The notes under the pieces were generated by a model. The model saw nothing but the letters and a program-made list of their open reading frames with translations, searched no databases and was not told the origin of the DNA. This document shows, piece after piece, positions 11,320 through 21,604 of a stretch of 64,000 nucleotides of DNA. A program made the position numbers and the translations under genes. The first letter of the stretch is position 1; each line of letters starts with the position of its first letter. This DNA is from an uncultured bacterium (GTDB lineage Bacteria > Krumholzibacteriota > Krumholzibacteriia > JACNKJ01): positions 608,001-672,000 of the forward strand of contig CAVOFT010000001.1 of the NCBI GenBank assembly GCA_963695095.1, in the 5' to 3' direction.

Positions 11320-14300
11320 CTAACGGACCAGCAGCAGCTTGCAGCTGGCCTCCCAGCCCTCCGCATCGAGCCGGGCGAAGTAGACACCGGATCCCAGGGC
11401 CCGGCCCTGCGCGTCGCGGCCGTCCCAGCTCTCGGTGTGCGCCCCCGCGTCCCGCATCCCATCGACGAGCACTCGCAGCAGCCGACCTTGCACGTCGTAG
11501 AGACGAAGGTGAACGCGCGCCCGGGTGGGCAGCTGGTAGCTCAGCGTCGTCTGGGGATTGAACGGATTTGGGTATATGCTCAACTGCAGCGCGCGCGCCG
11601 TCGCCGGCAGGTCGGACACCGCCGTGCCGGCCGGGGCGGTGCGCAAGTCGGCTTCCGCGGCGGCATTGTCGGGCAGGGTCACCCAGGGCGAGCAGGGGAA
11701 GAAAGGATCGTCGGTGTGGACGCGCAGGCGCCAATGATAGGCGACGCCCTGCGTCAGCCCGGAGACGAGCTCCCCGAGCGCCGCGAAGCTGCCGATGGGG
11801 CCGCTGATGGCGCCCGTCGCGGTCCAGTCGCCGAGCACCGTGTTCGTGCCGTCGAATGGCGTCCCGAAGGGCTTGATCTCGTACTCGAGGCGCACGCGGC
11901 TGCGACCGATCGCCGAGCGCCCGTGCGCGCTGACGACGAACTCGTGCGGGTCTCCCGTCAGGCCGAGCGGCGCTACTGGCGCGGAAAGATCGTTGCGCCA
12001 CTGCTGTGGCTTGCGCGATAGGCCGCGGCTGTCGTTGCCGTAGTAGAGGAAGGCGCGGCCCTCGTCGGTCTGGCCGGCGTCGTAGGAACGAGCGCCGACC
12101 ATGATGTCGGCGAAGCCATCGCCGTTGACATCCCCGGCCGTGGCCACGCGCCAGGCGAAGTAGCACTCGGCCTGCTGGCCTTCGGCGATCCAGGCGGCGG
12201 CGCCGCCGACGATGCCGGACGCGGAGCCGAACCAGAGGGCCGCCATGCCGCTGTTGGCGCCAGCGTCGCTGTCGCAGTAGGGCGAGCCGACGAGGATGTC
12301 GCTGTAGCCGTCGCCGTTGACGTCACCGGCCGAGGCGACGGTGTAACCCCACCAGGCGTCGCTTTGCCCGCGAATCGTGCTCCAGTCGGCATTGGTGGGA
12401 TCGCCGCTGGGCGGTGCGGTGGCCTGGCCGAGCCACAGGAGCGCCTGGCCCGAATTGCTGTAGGCGCTGTCCCAGCGGGGCGCGCCGACGAGGATGTCGC
12501 TGAAGCCGTCGCCGTTGACGTCGCCGGCATAGGCGACCGCCTCGCCCAATCGGGCCACCGCCTGGTTGCTCTTGCAGCTCCACCAGGGCGGGCCGCCCAC
12601 GGGACCCTCGGCGGAGCCCAGGTAGATGAATGCCCAGCCCTCTTGGCTCTCGCCGACATAGTACTTCGGCGCGCCGACGAAGACATCGCTGAAACCGTCG
12701 CCGTTGAAGTCGCCGGCGGCGGCCACGGAGAGGCCGTACTCGGCGTTGGCGAAGTCCGCGCCGTGGAACCAGTCGTGGCTGGGCGAGGGGCCGCTCTCCG
12801 AGCCGAGGTAGACGAAAACAGCGCCCTCGTTCGTCTGCCCCGCATCGTAGTAGGGGGCGCCGACGATGACGTCCGCGTAGCCGTCGCCGTCGAAGTCGCC
12901 GCCGCCGGCCACGGCGAAGCCGAAGTCGCTGGCCGCCTGGCCGCTGAAGGCGCTCCAGCTGGCGTTGGCCGGATTGCCGTAGGGCGAGCCGGCGAACCAG
13001 ATGAAGGCGGCGCCCTCGTCGCTCACGCTGTTCGTGTAGCCGGGCGCGCCGACGATGGCCTCCGGAAAGCCATCGCCATTGACATCGCCGGCGCCGGCGA
13101 TGGAGACGCCGAGGGCCGCCCCGGCCTGATTGCCCTCCGCGTACCAGGAGAAGACCGCGCTCAGTCCTTGGTGCGAGCCGAGGTATAGGAACACCGCGCC
13201 CTCGTCCACCTGCCCGTTGTCGAAGCCGGAGGCGCCGACGAGGACATCGCTGTAGCCGTCGCCGTTCACGTCGCCGACGCAGGCCAGCGAACCCCCGTAG
13301 TGGGCGCTGGTCTGGTTGCTCTCCGTGACCCAGCCGGCCTGGGTGCGCGGCCCGCTGCGGCCGCCATAGAAGCCGACGACCCGGCCGATCTCGTAGCCGT
13401 CGACGATCTGATCGGGAATGCCGAGGATGATGTCGCCGAAGCCATCGCCGTTGACGTCGCCGGCCGCGGCGGCGCTCCAGCCGCACCAGGCTTCGGTCTG
13501 CGCGCCGTCGTAGATCCAGACGGGATCGGCGCCGAGGCCGCTGTAGTTGCCCATGTAGAGGTAGACGCGGCCCTGGTCCACGTAGTCGCCATTGTACTCT
13601 TTGGCCGTTACGAGGACGTCGCTGTAGCCGTCCGCGTTGATGTCGCCGGCCGTGGCCACGCACCAGCCGTAGGCGCTGTTGTTCTGGCCGCCCTCGTCCG
13701 TCCAGGACGGATCGAGCGGTAGCCCGCTGGCCGAACCTTCGAAGAGACAAGCGCGTCCTTCGAGATCGATGTCCCCCGACCAGCTGTGGGCGCCGACGAG
13801 GACGTCGCTGTAGCCGTCGCCCGACACGTCGCCGGCCGTTGCCACCGAGTAGCCGAAGCTGCCGTACTCCGCGAGACCCAGGTGCCAGGCGGCCGGGTTC
13901 TGAACGCCGCTCGCCGAGCCGTGGAAGACGTAGGCGTGGCCGTAGACGCCGCCCAGGTTGTAGCTGGGCGCGCCCACGATGACGTCGTCGTAGCCGTCGC
14001 CATTCACGTCGCCGGCCGTGGCGACGCAATGGCCGAAGCCCGAGTGGTCTTCGTTGCTCTCGCCACGCCAGGACCAGCCGGCGGCCAGACCGCTCGCGCC
14101 GCCGTGGAAGACGTAGGCGAGGCCCTCCTGCGTCTGTCCGTTCTGGGCGTTGTCGGCGCCGACGATCACGTCGGCAAAGCCATCGGCGTTGACGTCGCCG
14201 GCCGAGGCGACCGATAGCCCGAAGTCGGCGCTCGCCGCCCCGCCGTTGCGGGTCCAGTTCGCCGTCCAGGGCAGGCCGTCGGCGCCGCCGTAGTAGACGT

Positions 14301-15429
14301 ACACCCGGCCCTCATCCGTGAAGCTGTCGTCATAGAAGGGCTGACCCACGACCACATCGTCATAGCCGTCGCCGTTGACGTCGCCGGCCGAGGCGGCGCA
14401 CTGCCCGTAGTTGGCGTAGTTCTGTTCGCCATAGCCGTACCAGTCCCAATCGGTGTCCAGCCCGGCGGGGCCGCCCAGATAGAGCCAGACCCGGCCGCGC
14501 GCGGGACCGCCGCTGGCGTAGCGGGGCGCGCAGACGAGCACGTCGCTGTAGCCATCGCCGTCGACGTCACCCGCGGTGGCCACGCAGTAGCCGAAGGGCG
14601 TGTTGCCCTGATAGCCGTCCACGCTCCAGTCGGGCGTGTCCATCAGGGGGTCCACTGTCACTGGATAGACCGCACCGCTGTCGTCGATGCGCAGAAGGAT
14701 GCCGCCGTCGGCAAGAGCCAGCTCGCCCGGCAGCTCGCGCCCAGTGCTATCCCAGGCCAGGAGCTTGCTGTAACGCAGCGCGAGGCTGCCGTCGGCGTCG
14801 GCGAAGATGATGGCCTCGTCCCCCTGCGGCCGGGGTTCGAGATCGCCGGCAAGCGCGCCGAGAATGCAAAGGTCGCCGGCGCCTTCCGGCCGCTCGGAAA
14901 TCGTGAAGCCCTGCTCGAGGCCGGCCGCCGTGTTCTCGTACCACTCCGTGATGCCTTCGCGCAGGTACTCGACGCGACGCGCGGCGCAGGCAGGTGCCGT
15001 GCGCTCTGCCGGCTGCAGATGGCCTTCCCGGCCCCAGCCCGCGAGCTGCCAGGACCAGCTCCAATCGGCCACCCGCGAATCGCGGTGGCGGATCTCGATG
15101 CCGGCATCGTGGAAGGTGCTGCGGAGATTCTGGGCCCGGTTGGGCGCCTGCGGACCGGTCTCGCCGGGCGAGATCTCGTACTCCGCCATGGCCAACCTGT
15201 GATTGACCTCGCTCCACCAGCTCGGGTCCACGCCGGGCGGAAGCACCGCCCCGATATCGGACTCAGCGAGCGCTGTGCTGAACCGGGCTGGCCGGGTCTC
15301 GCCGCTCGCCGGCGCCGACAGGTCCCGAGAGTCCGTGCTGACGAGGAACGCCAGGCCGAGCACCATGGCCGAGATGAGCTGCGCAACCACCGGATGCCGG
15401 GCCGCGCGCAGCATGGAACTGCGTGTCAT
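11320..15429 (-). CDS. secreted FG-GAP/integrin-alpha-like repeat protein with C-terminal FlgD-Ig/T9SS-like domain
   Basis: GGAGG RBS before ATG 15429; 14 xGDVNGDG[YF]xD repeats; C-terminal YPNPFNPQTT...WDGRDAQG...SGVYFARL. Confidence 0.9.
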   Translation of the reverse strand: MTRSSMLRAARHPVVAQLISAMVLGLAFLVSTDSRDLSAPASGETRPARFSTALAESDIGAVLPPGVDPSWWSEVNHRLAMAEYEISPGETGPQAPNRAQNLRSTFHDAGIEIRHRDSRVADWSWSWQLAGWGREGHLQPAERTAPACAARRVEYLREGITEWYENTAAGLEQGFTISERPEGAGDLCILGALAGDLEPRPQGDEAIIFADADGSLALRYSKLLAWDSTGRELPGELALADGGILLRIDDSGAVYPVTVDPLMDTPDWSVDGYQGNTPFGYCVATAGDVDGDGYSDVLVCAPRYASGGPARGRVWLYLGGPAGLDTDWDWYGYGEQNYANYGQCAASAGDVNGDGYDDVVVGQPFYDDSFTDEGRVYVYYGGADGLPWTANWTRNGGAASADFGLSVASAGDVNADGFADVIVGADNAQNGQTQEGLAYVFHGGASGLAAGWSWRGESNEDHSGFGHCVATAGDVNGDGYDDVIVGAPSYNLGGVYGHAYVFHGSASGVQNPAAWHLGLAEYGSFGYSVATAGDVSGDGYSDVLVGAHSWSGDIDLEGRACLFEGSASGLPLDPSWTDEGGQNNSAYGWCVATAGDINADGYSDVLVTAKEYNGDYVDQGRVYLYMGNYSGLGADPVWIYDGAQTEAWCGWSAAAAGDVNGDGFGDIILGIPDQIVDGYEIGRVVGFYGGRSGPRTQAGWVTESNQTSAHYGGSLACVGDVNGDGYSDVLVGASGFDNGQVDEGAVFLYLGSHQGLSAVFSWYAEGNQAGAALGVSIAGAGDVNGDGFPEAIVGAPGYTNSVSDEGAAFIWFAGSPYGNPANASWSAFSGQAASDFGFAVAGGGDFDGDGYADVIVGAPYYDAGQTNEGAVFVYLGSESGPSPSHDWFHGADFANAEYGLSVAAAGDFNGDGFSDVFVGAPKYYVGESQEGWAFIYLGSAEGPVGGPPWWSCKSNQAVARLGEAVAYAGDVNGDGFSDILVGAPRWDSAYSNSGQALLWLGQATAPPSGDPTNADWSTIRGQSDAWWGYTVASAGDVNGDGYSDILVGSPYCDSDAGANSGMAALWFGSASGIVGGAAAWIAEGQQAECYFAWRVATAGDVNGDGFADIMVGARSYDAGQTDEGRAFLYYGNDSRGLSRKPQQWRNDLSAPVAPLGLTGDPHEFVVSAHGRSAIGRSRVRLEYEIKPFGTPFDGTNTVLGDWTATGAISGPIGSFAALGELVSGLTQGVAYHWRLRVHTDDPFFPCSPWVTLPDNAAAEADLRTAPAGTAVSDLPATARALQLSIYPNPFNPQTTLSYQLPTRARVHLRLYDVQGRLLRVLVDGMRDAGAHTESWDGRDAQGRALGSGVYFARLDAEGWEASCKLLLVR

Positions 15430-15750
15430 GATCCGCCTCCCTATCACTATGAGCCCTAGCGTAGGACGCGCGAGTCCGGCGGGAATCACAGTGGGCGGCG
15501 GCCGCATGTCATGTGCATTACGGAGGCGTTTCTTCTCGCGATCGTAATCCGCACTGTTACATGTGAGCGACAGCGCGGCGATTTCGGCGCGGTCCCCATT
15601 GGCAAGAGTCGATGCGGCCTCTAGACTCATGTCGGGAATGGGACGGGTCGACGACGGGACCTCATCCTACCGGACCCTCTTGCCGCAAGCCCGCGCTGGA
15701 TCCGTCCAGGCTGCCCGCTGCTCCAGCGGGCAAGCGACAGGAGGGACTCC

Positions 15751-17187
15751 ATGTCGAAGCGTTTGCTCACTCTCTTGCTTGCGACCTTCACGCTGCTGGC
15801 CCTGAGTTGCTCTGAACTCGAGCAGCCGGCGCCGCTGGCGCCCACCGGCGATGCATCGATCGCCGGCATCGACACCGAAGGCCTCGCCTGGGCCTTCGTC
15901 GGTGAGGCCGGCTGGGAGCCGGCGATCACGCGGGATCCGGCGAAGACCATCCCCAGCGACGGCGGCGAGAGCCTGCTCTGGAGCTTCCAGCGCGAGGTGA
16001 TCGCCAGCAATGTCGTCCACTACAGCGCCATCGTGCGCACGGGTCCGGGGCCCTACGACCACATCGGCATCCACCGCGTGGTGAAGGAGATGCGGCCCTT
16101 CCGGCCCATCCGCACGGCCAAGGCGCTCTTCCTGCTCCACGGTGACCTCAAGGACTTCGAGGGGATGTGGCTGCCGGGGCAGTTCTCGACGAACCTGCCC
16201 GACGACTTCGGCCTGGCGGCCTACCTGGCCCAGGAGGGCGTCGACGTCTGGGGCATCACGCAGGGCTGGAACTTCGTGCCCGGGGATATGACGGACTACT
16301 CCTTCTACGCCGATTGGGGACTGCAGAAGGAGATGGACCACCTGTCGATCGGACTCGCCATCGCCCGGCTCAGCCGCTGGATCAGCGGCGACGGCCTCGA
16401 CAAGATGCTGCTGCTCGGCTACAGCAGTGGTTCGGCGACCGGATACTCCCTGCTCAACGAGGAGTCCCAGCGGCCCGCGGCGCTGCGCCAGGTGAAGGGC
16501 TTCATTGCGGCGGACCTCGGTGTGCGCAGCGATGATCCCGTCTGGCTCGAGACGGGGGCAGGATTCCTGGACTTCTACCAGGGGCTCTACGATGCAGGGG
16601 AGTACGCAGACGTTCTCATCCTGAGGGATGCGGCGCTGCTGGCGAAGAGCGATCCCGATGGGGATTCGCCCTACTTTCCGGGGCTCACGAATCTCCAGCT
16701 CGCGCTGTTCTATGCCGGCGGCCTGATCTTCGCCCCCTCTGAGGCGCACTATCATGCTCCGGTGCTCGAGAACGGCTTCCCGGTCGATCTGCAGTTCGCC
16801 ACGATCCCGCAGTGGCTGGACTTCATGGAAAACACGGCGGCCTCAGAGCCGATGCTCTTCGAGGCAGAGTACTGCGCCCTCTTGGCAGGTCTCGACTCGC
16901 CCTTCGTGGCCCACCTTGGCGACGTCACGGTGCCGGTCTTCGATATTGGCGGTGGCGGGGGAGTCGCGCCTTACACCGCGGCCACCGTGGACTACCTGGG
17001 CAGCAGCGACATCACGCAGCTCTACGTGTCGACGAATCCCGAGCGCATGCTGGACTACGGCCACATCGACATCTTCACGGGCTACAACGCGCCCGAGCTG
17101 GTCTGGGCACCCATCCGCGACTGGGTGGTGGCGCATTCCCCGGCCGGCCGGGAGGCGGTATCGACCCTCGCCGCCATGGAGGAGTAG
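15751..17187 (+). CDS. lipoprotein, alpha/beta-hydrolase fold
   Basis: GGAGGG RBS; lipobox LALSC; LFLLHG, GYSSG nucleophile elbow, YGHID. Confidence 0.7.
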   Translation: MSKRLLTLLLATFTLLALSCSELEQPAPLAPTGDASIAGIDTEGLAWAFVGEAGWEPAITRDPAKTIPSDGGESLLWSFQREVIASNVVHYSAIVRTGPGPYDHIGIHRVVKEMRPFRPIRTAKALFLLHGDLKDFEGMWLPGQFSTNLPDDFGLAAYLAQEGVDVWGITQGWNFVPGDMTDYSFYADWGLQKEMDHLSIGLAIARLSRWISGDGLDKMLLLGYSSGSATGYSLLNEESQRPAALRQVKGFIAADLGVRSDDPVWLETGAGFLDFYQGLYDAGEYADVLILRDAALLAKSDPDGDSPYFPGLTNLQLALFYAGGLIFAPSEAHYHAPVLENGFPVDLQFATIPQWLDFMENTAASEPMLFEAEYCALLAGLDSPFVAHLGDVTVPVFDIGGGGGVAPYTAATVDYLGSSDITQLYVSTNPERMLDYGHIDIFTGYNAPELVWAPIRDWVVAHSPAGREAVSTLAAMEE

Positions 17188-17232
17188 GGCGACCGCTGGA
17201 AACGGACCCGCCTCTCAGTCAGCACGGCTTCC

Positions 17233-17261
17233 GGCGCCCCGCTCCCAACGAGCGGGGCGCC
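17233..17261 (+). terminator. GC-rich stem-loop downstream of the hydrolase gene
   Basis: ggcgccccgctc-ccaac-gagcggggcgcc perfect 12-bp stem; weak U tract. Confidence 0.5.
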
Positions 17262-17316
17262 CTCACATTCACGATGACAGCGGGGCGGCCCGCTGCCTAT
17301 TGTCTCCCCATGGGAG

Positions 17317-17982
17317 GTGCAGGCGATGTACTTCAGCACCGACGAAGAGCGCCGCATCCAGGCAGCTGCCGAGCAGCTCGAGGCGAAGACCGGCGTGCAG
17401 GTCCTCGCTGCGATCATCGGCAAGGCCGACCACTACCCCGAAGTGCCCTGGAAGGCCTTCGCCCTGGCCGCGTCCCTCGCGGCGCTGGGGCTCATCGTGC
17501 AGGCGGCGCTCGATCCGCCCTGGCTCGCGCCGATCCACGCGGCCTTCTACGCCCTGCTCGTGCTCGGCGTGGGAGCGGCGGCGGCTCTGGCGGCCATCTC
17601 GTGGCCCTCGCTGGCCCGGCGGCTCGCCGGCTCCCTTCGCCTGCAGGCCGAGGTGGAGCAGTACGCGCGCGCCTTCTTCCTCGAGCGGGAGCTGTTCCGC
17701 ACGCGCGAGCGCAGGGGCATCCTGCTCCTGCTCAGCCTTTTCGAGCGCAAGGTGGTCATCCTGCCCGACAGCGGCGCCGCCGCCCGCCTGGGCGATGCGG
17801 AGCTGGCGCAGGTGCTCGGCGCCATCACCCCGCCCCTTGCCCGCGGCGCGCGCTGCGAGGCGCTGATGGCGGGGCTGGCGGCGCTCGAGGCCGCGCTGCT
17901 GGCCGCCGGCTTCCGGGGCGCGCCGGGCGGGCCGGATGAGATTCCGCCCGAGCTGGTCCAGGATAAGGGGGTGCAGCGGTGA
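17317..17982 (+). CDS. TPM domain-containing membrane protein
   Basis: IQAAAEQLEAKTGVQV, two TM helices, TRERRGILLLLSLFERKVVILPDSG. Confidence 0.8.
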   Translation: MQAMYFSTDEERRIQAAAEQLEAKTGVQVLAAIIGKADHYPEVPWKAFALAASLAALGLIVQAALDPPWLAPIHAAFYALLVLGVGAAAALAAISWPSLARRLAGSLRLQAEVEQYARAFFLERELFRTRERRGILLLLSLFERKVVILPDSGAAARLGDAELAQVLGAITPPLARGARCEALMAGLAALEAALLAAGFRGAPGGPDEIPPELVQDKGVQR

Positions 17983-18953
17983 GCGCCCGGGCGCGGACGC
18001 GCCGCGCGCTGCCCATCCTGCTCGCCGCCCTGCTGATGGCGGCGGCCCTGCCGATCCGCGCCGCCGTGGACCTGCCCTATCTCACGGGCCGCCTCGTCGA
18101 CACGGCGGAGATCCTGAGCCCCGGCGCGCACGAGCAGATCACCGCGCTGCTCAGGACGCACGAAGAGCAGAGCAGCGACCAGATCGCCGTGCTCACCCTG
18201 CCCACCCTCGAGGACGAGAGCATCGAGGACTTCGCCGAGCGCGTCTTCGCGGCCTGGCGGCTGGGCCAGACGGGCCGGGACAACGGCGTGCTCCTCGTCA
18301 TCGCCGCCGAGGACCGGCGAATGCGCATCGAGGTGGGCTACGGGCTGGAAGAGCAGCTCACCGACCTCGCCGCCGGCCGCATCATCCGCAACGTGATGAC
18401 GCCGCGCTTCCGCGAGGCGGACTACGACGGCGGCGTCGAGGCCGGCGTCAGCGCCATCATCGCGGTGCTGGCGGGGGAAGGCGAGCCGCCCGGCGACGGC
18501 GCGGCGGAGAGCCGGCCCTCGGGCTTCAACCTGGAGGGCCCGGACATGTCGATCATGGAGCGCGTGCTCATCGGCGCCTTCATCTTCGGCATCATCGGCC
18601 TCTTCACCGTGCTCGGCGTGCTGACGCCCAGCGGCGGCTGGTTCCTCTACCCCTTCCTGATCCCCTTCTGGGCCACCTTCCCGATCGCCGTGGTCGGCGT
18701 GAAGGGCGCCTTCGTCCTCTTCATCGCCTACCTGGTGGGCTTCCCGATCGCCAAGGTCCTGGTCTCGCGCTCGGCCTGGTACGGCAAGGCGGGCCGCGAT
18801 CTCAAGACCAAGGGCAAGGCGCGCATCGGCGGCTTCACCTTCGGCGGCAGCAGCTCGGGCGGCAGCTCGCGGAGTTCCTGGAGCTCGGGCAGCAGCAGCT
18901 TCTCGGGCGGCGGCGGCAGCTCCGGGGGCGGCGGGGCTTCCGGGAGCTGGTAA
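17979..18953 (+). CDS. TPM domain protein (YgcG family) with Gly/Ser-rich tail
   Basis: GRLVDTAEILS, QIAVLTLPTL, WRLGQTGRDNGVLL, RIEVGYGLE, C-terminal FSGGGGSSGGGGASGSW. Confidence 0.92.
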   Translation: MSARARTRRALPILLAALLMAAALPIRAAVDLPYLTGRLVDTAEILSPGAHEQITALLRTHEEQSSDQIAVLTLPTLEDESIEDFAERVFAAWRLGQTGRDNGVLLVIAAEDRRMRIEVGYGLEEQLTDLAAGRIIRNVMTPRFREADYDGGVEAGVSAIIAVLAGEGEPPGDGAAESRPSGFNLEGPDMSIMERVLIGAFIFGIIGLFTVLGVLTPSGGWFLYPFLIPFWATFPIAVVGVKGAFVLFIAYLVGFPIAKVLVSRSAWYGKAGRDLKTKGKARIGGFTFGGSSSGGSSRSSWSSGSSSFSGGGGSSGGGGASGSW

Positions 18954-19131
18954 GGGCTGGCGCCAAGGGCCGCGCCCATCGCCGACAAGTTAAAAATAGT
19001 GCAAGCCCTGGACTTGTTGACAGGCGCTACGCTTCGAAACATAATGAATGGGCTCAGGGTTTCGCGAGTCGAAGGCGAGCGCTGCCGCGGCCGTCTTCAA
19101 ATCACCCCATCAACAACCCGAGGTGTAGGAA

Positions 19132-20793
19132 GTGAGCGTTGGCAAGGCGTTGCTCGTGGCCGCACTCCTGGTGCTGGCCGCGGCCTCCGGTTGCGGAGAC
19201 GGCTCGGATCCTAGTTCTCCATCCGACAGCCAGAATGTGGCTACCGAACCGGGCCAGGCCGAGACCGCAACCATCGGTTCGGATGGGGGGACGCTGAGCG
19301 CCACCTCCAGCGCCGGGATCGTCTACACGCTGACGGTGCCCCCCGACGGCCTCGCTGTGCCGCAGACGATCACCCTCACCCCCGTGACGGCAATCGCCAA
19401 CCTGACCCTCGCCGGCGGCCTGGTGGGAGGCGTGGACCTTGAGCCGAGCGGCCTGGTGCTCGATGCCCCGGCAACCCTGACGATCTCCGCCAACACGGTT
19501 CCGCCCGCGGGGCAGCTGGCGATCGCCATCGGCTACGCAGGCGATGCCGCCGCGATCATGCCAGCGTTCCACCGCCACGAGGCGGGAGTCTGGACGCTCC
19601 CCATCTCGCACTTCAGCGGCGCCGCCATGGGCTTCGGAACCACCCAGGATCTGGCCACGCTGGTCGGTGTCGTCGCACAGGGCGGCTCGGCGACCTTCAT
19701 CGCGCAGCTCGTGGCCGCGCTCAGCCTGACGCCTCGCGACGGGCGCACCGAACTCGATCTCTTCGTGAGCTGGTTCCAGACCGTCCTGCTCCCGCAGATC
19801 GAGCAGGCAAGCAATGATCAGGAGCTGCACCTGGCCATCAGCCAGCTGCAGCACTGGGCCGAGTGCATTCCCCTTGCCGAGACCTGCACGATCCTCACGG
19901 GCTCGCCGAGCTGCGCCGAAGCGCTGGACCCGCTGCATGCGGCCGCGCGCGACGCCCTCGCGCCCCAGATTCGAACTGCGATCTTTGGTAACAACGAGGT
20001 GTGCGCCGGTCAGGAGAGTCTGGCAGCGCTGCTGAACGTCCTGTTCTGGCAGCGCCAGGCCGAGCACTTCGGCATCGCCACGGCTGAAAATCAGCTCGAC
20101 CTGGATTCAATCCTGGCGGGGATCTGCGCAAAGCCGGTGCTGGAGTCCTTCGTCCTCGCCGATCCGCTCAGCGCGGGCTTCCCATACTCTCTCGATCTGA
20201 ATCTGGCGCTGCGCTTCGGTGAGCATGCCGAGGCCCAGGCCATGCCGTTCGCGGTCGACCTCTCGGCCATGAATGCCACCTTGCAGCACCCGACCGGCTT
20301 CACGAACGCGCAGGGATTCTACACCACGGTCATCACCGCCGACGGAAACGGCCCGATCACGGTCACCGGTCAGGCTTGCCTGGTCCTGCCGGGATTGACG
20401 CAGCCGTCGCCGATCTGCGGAAACATCGCGATCGAAGGCCGCGCACTCGACTTGACGGGCACGTGGGAGGGGACCCTCTTCGACACGCGTACCAGCCCCC
20501 AGGGGGAGGTCGAGCACTTCGTCGTGCCGGTGATCGTGACGCTGGCGCAGAATCAGAACGCGATCTCGGGAAGCTACGCAGCCCAGGGCGGCGGGGCCGG
20601 AGGCGTCTCGGCGACCCTCAGCGGCGGGGAGCTCCTCAACTACACGCTCTCGCAGACCGCCCCTTGCGCAGGCAGCTTCGTCGGCCAGGCCACGGTTTCA
20701 TTCGACGGCAACACCATCGAGGCCGGCTTCAACGGGTCGAGCTGCATGGGAACGCACGTGGGGACGTCCACTGTGACGCGGAGCTCCCCCTAG
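19132..20793 (+). CDS. hypothetical lipoprotein (Cys-rich; beta-rich N- and C-terminal domains)
   Basis: Lipobox AASGC; TIGSDGGTL...LTVPPDGL...ITLTPV...LEPSGL...ISHFS motif pattern. Confidence 0.7.
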   Translation: MSVGKALLVAALLVLAAASGCGDGSDPSSPSDSQNVATEPGQAETATIGSDGGTLSATSSAGIVYTLTVPPDGLAVPQTITLTPVTAIANLTLAGGLVGGVDLEPSGLVLDAPATLTISANTVPPAGQLAIAIGYAGDAAAIMPAFHRHEAGVWTLPISHFSGAAMGFGTTQDLATLVGVVAQGGSATFIAQLVAALSLTPRDGRTELDLFVSWFQTVLLPQIEQASNDQELHLAISQLQHWAECIPLAETCTILTGSPSCAEALDPLHAAARDALAPQIRTAIFGNNEVCAGQESLAALLNVLFWQRQAEHFGIATAENQLDLDSILAGICAKPVLESFVLADPLSAGFPYSLDLNLALRFGEHAEAQAMPFAVDLSAMNATLQHPTGFTNAQGFYTTVITADGNGPITVTGQACLVLPGLTQPSPICGNIAIEGRALDLTGTWEGTLFDTRTSPQGEVEHFVVPVIVTLAQNQNAISGSYAAQGGGAGGVSATLSGGELLNYTLSQTAPCAGSFVGQATVSFDGNTIEAGFNGSSCMGTHVGTSTVTRSSP

Positions 20794-20910
20794 GCAGTTT
20801 CGCTGAGGGCGCAGGAGTGGCAGCCGAAGCCCGGGCGGCCAGTTAGCGCCTCCGGGCGCTCTATGTCCCCCCGACCGCGAAGATTCAGGACGGGGGTTGG
20901 CTGTTTCGGC

Positions 20911-20942
20911 TTGCATTGTAAGTAACTGGTTACTTACAATGC
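20911..20942 (+). promoter_or_regulatory. promoter overlapped by a perfect 14-bp inverted repeat (probable TetR operator)
   Basis: gcattgtaagtaac-tg-gttacttacaatgc at 20913-20942; TTGCAT (20911) and TACAAT (20935) are 18 nt apart; ATG follows 6 nt after the -10. Confidence 0.8.
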
Positions 20943-20946
20943 TGCC

Positions 20947-21604
20947 ATGTCCTCAGTCCCCAGAAAGCCGACCGCCGACCGCCGCCGCGAAATCGTGGCC
21001 GCCGTGCTGCACATCCTCGGCGAGCGCGGGCTCACGGCGCTGTCAACGACGGCTCTCGCCAAGGAAATCGGCTTGAGCACGGGCGCGCTCTTCCGGCATT
21101 TCGACTCCCGGGAGGCGATCCTCCGCGAGACGGTCCGCCACGCGGAGGCCGAGATCGAGGCGACCTATCCCGACTCAAGCCTGGCTCCCCGCGCCCGCCT
21201 GGCGGCCTTCGCCGCTGCCCGCGTGAAGCTGCTGCGCGCGAATCCCGGCCTGTCCTGGCTCCTGCGCACCGATCAGGCCCACCTGGCGCTGCCCGGGGAC
21301 GCGGCCGCGTCGCTGCAGGCCTTCGTCCAGCGTTCCCGCGCCTACCTGCTCGATCTGCTGGAGGCGGGCCGGGCCGCGGGAGATTTCCGCGACGACCTGC
21401 CGGCGAAGACCTTGCTCGTCCCGGTGCTCGGCACCATCCACGCGCTCTGCAATCCCCGGCTGGGCCTCGGCCCCGGGGCCGAGGATGGCCCCGATCGGGT
21501 CATTGCCGCCCTCGTCTCGCTGCTCGCCCCGACCGGGGAAGGCAGAGTCTCTATGCTTGACGAGCCCATCGAACCGACATCAACCTACCGGAGAGAAGGA
21601 ATGA
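20947..21604 (+). CDS. TetR/AcrR family transcriptional regulator (reads in frame into ric in this sequence)
   Basis: RRREIVAAVLHILGERGLTALSTTALAKEIGLSTGALFRHFDSREAIL HTH; probable true stop at the ATGA overlap 21601-21604. Confidence 0.85.

Noticed and set aside
12050..14600. Nucleotide-level repeats such as gccgtcgccgttgacgtcgccggc
   Set aside because: Explained by the encoded FG-GAP protein repeats
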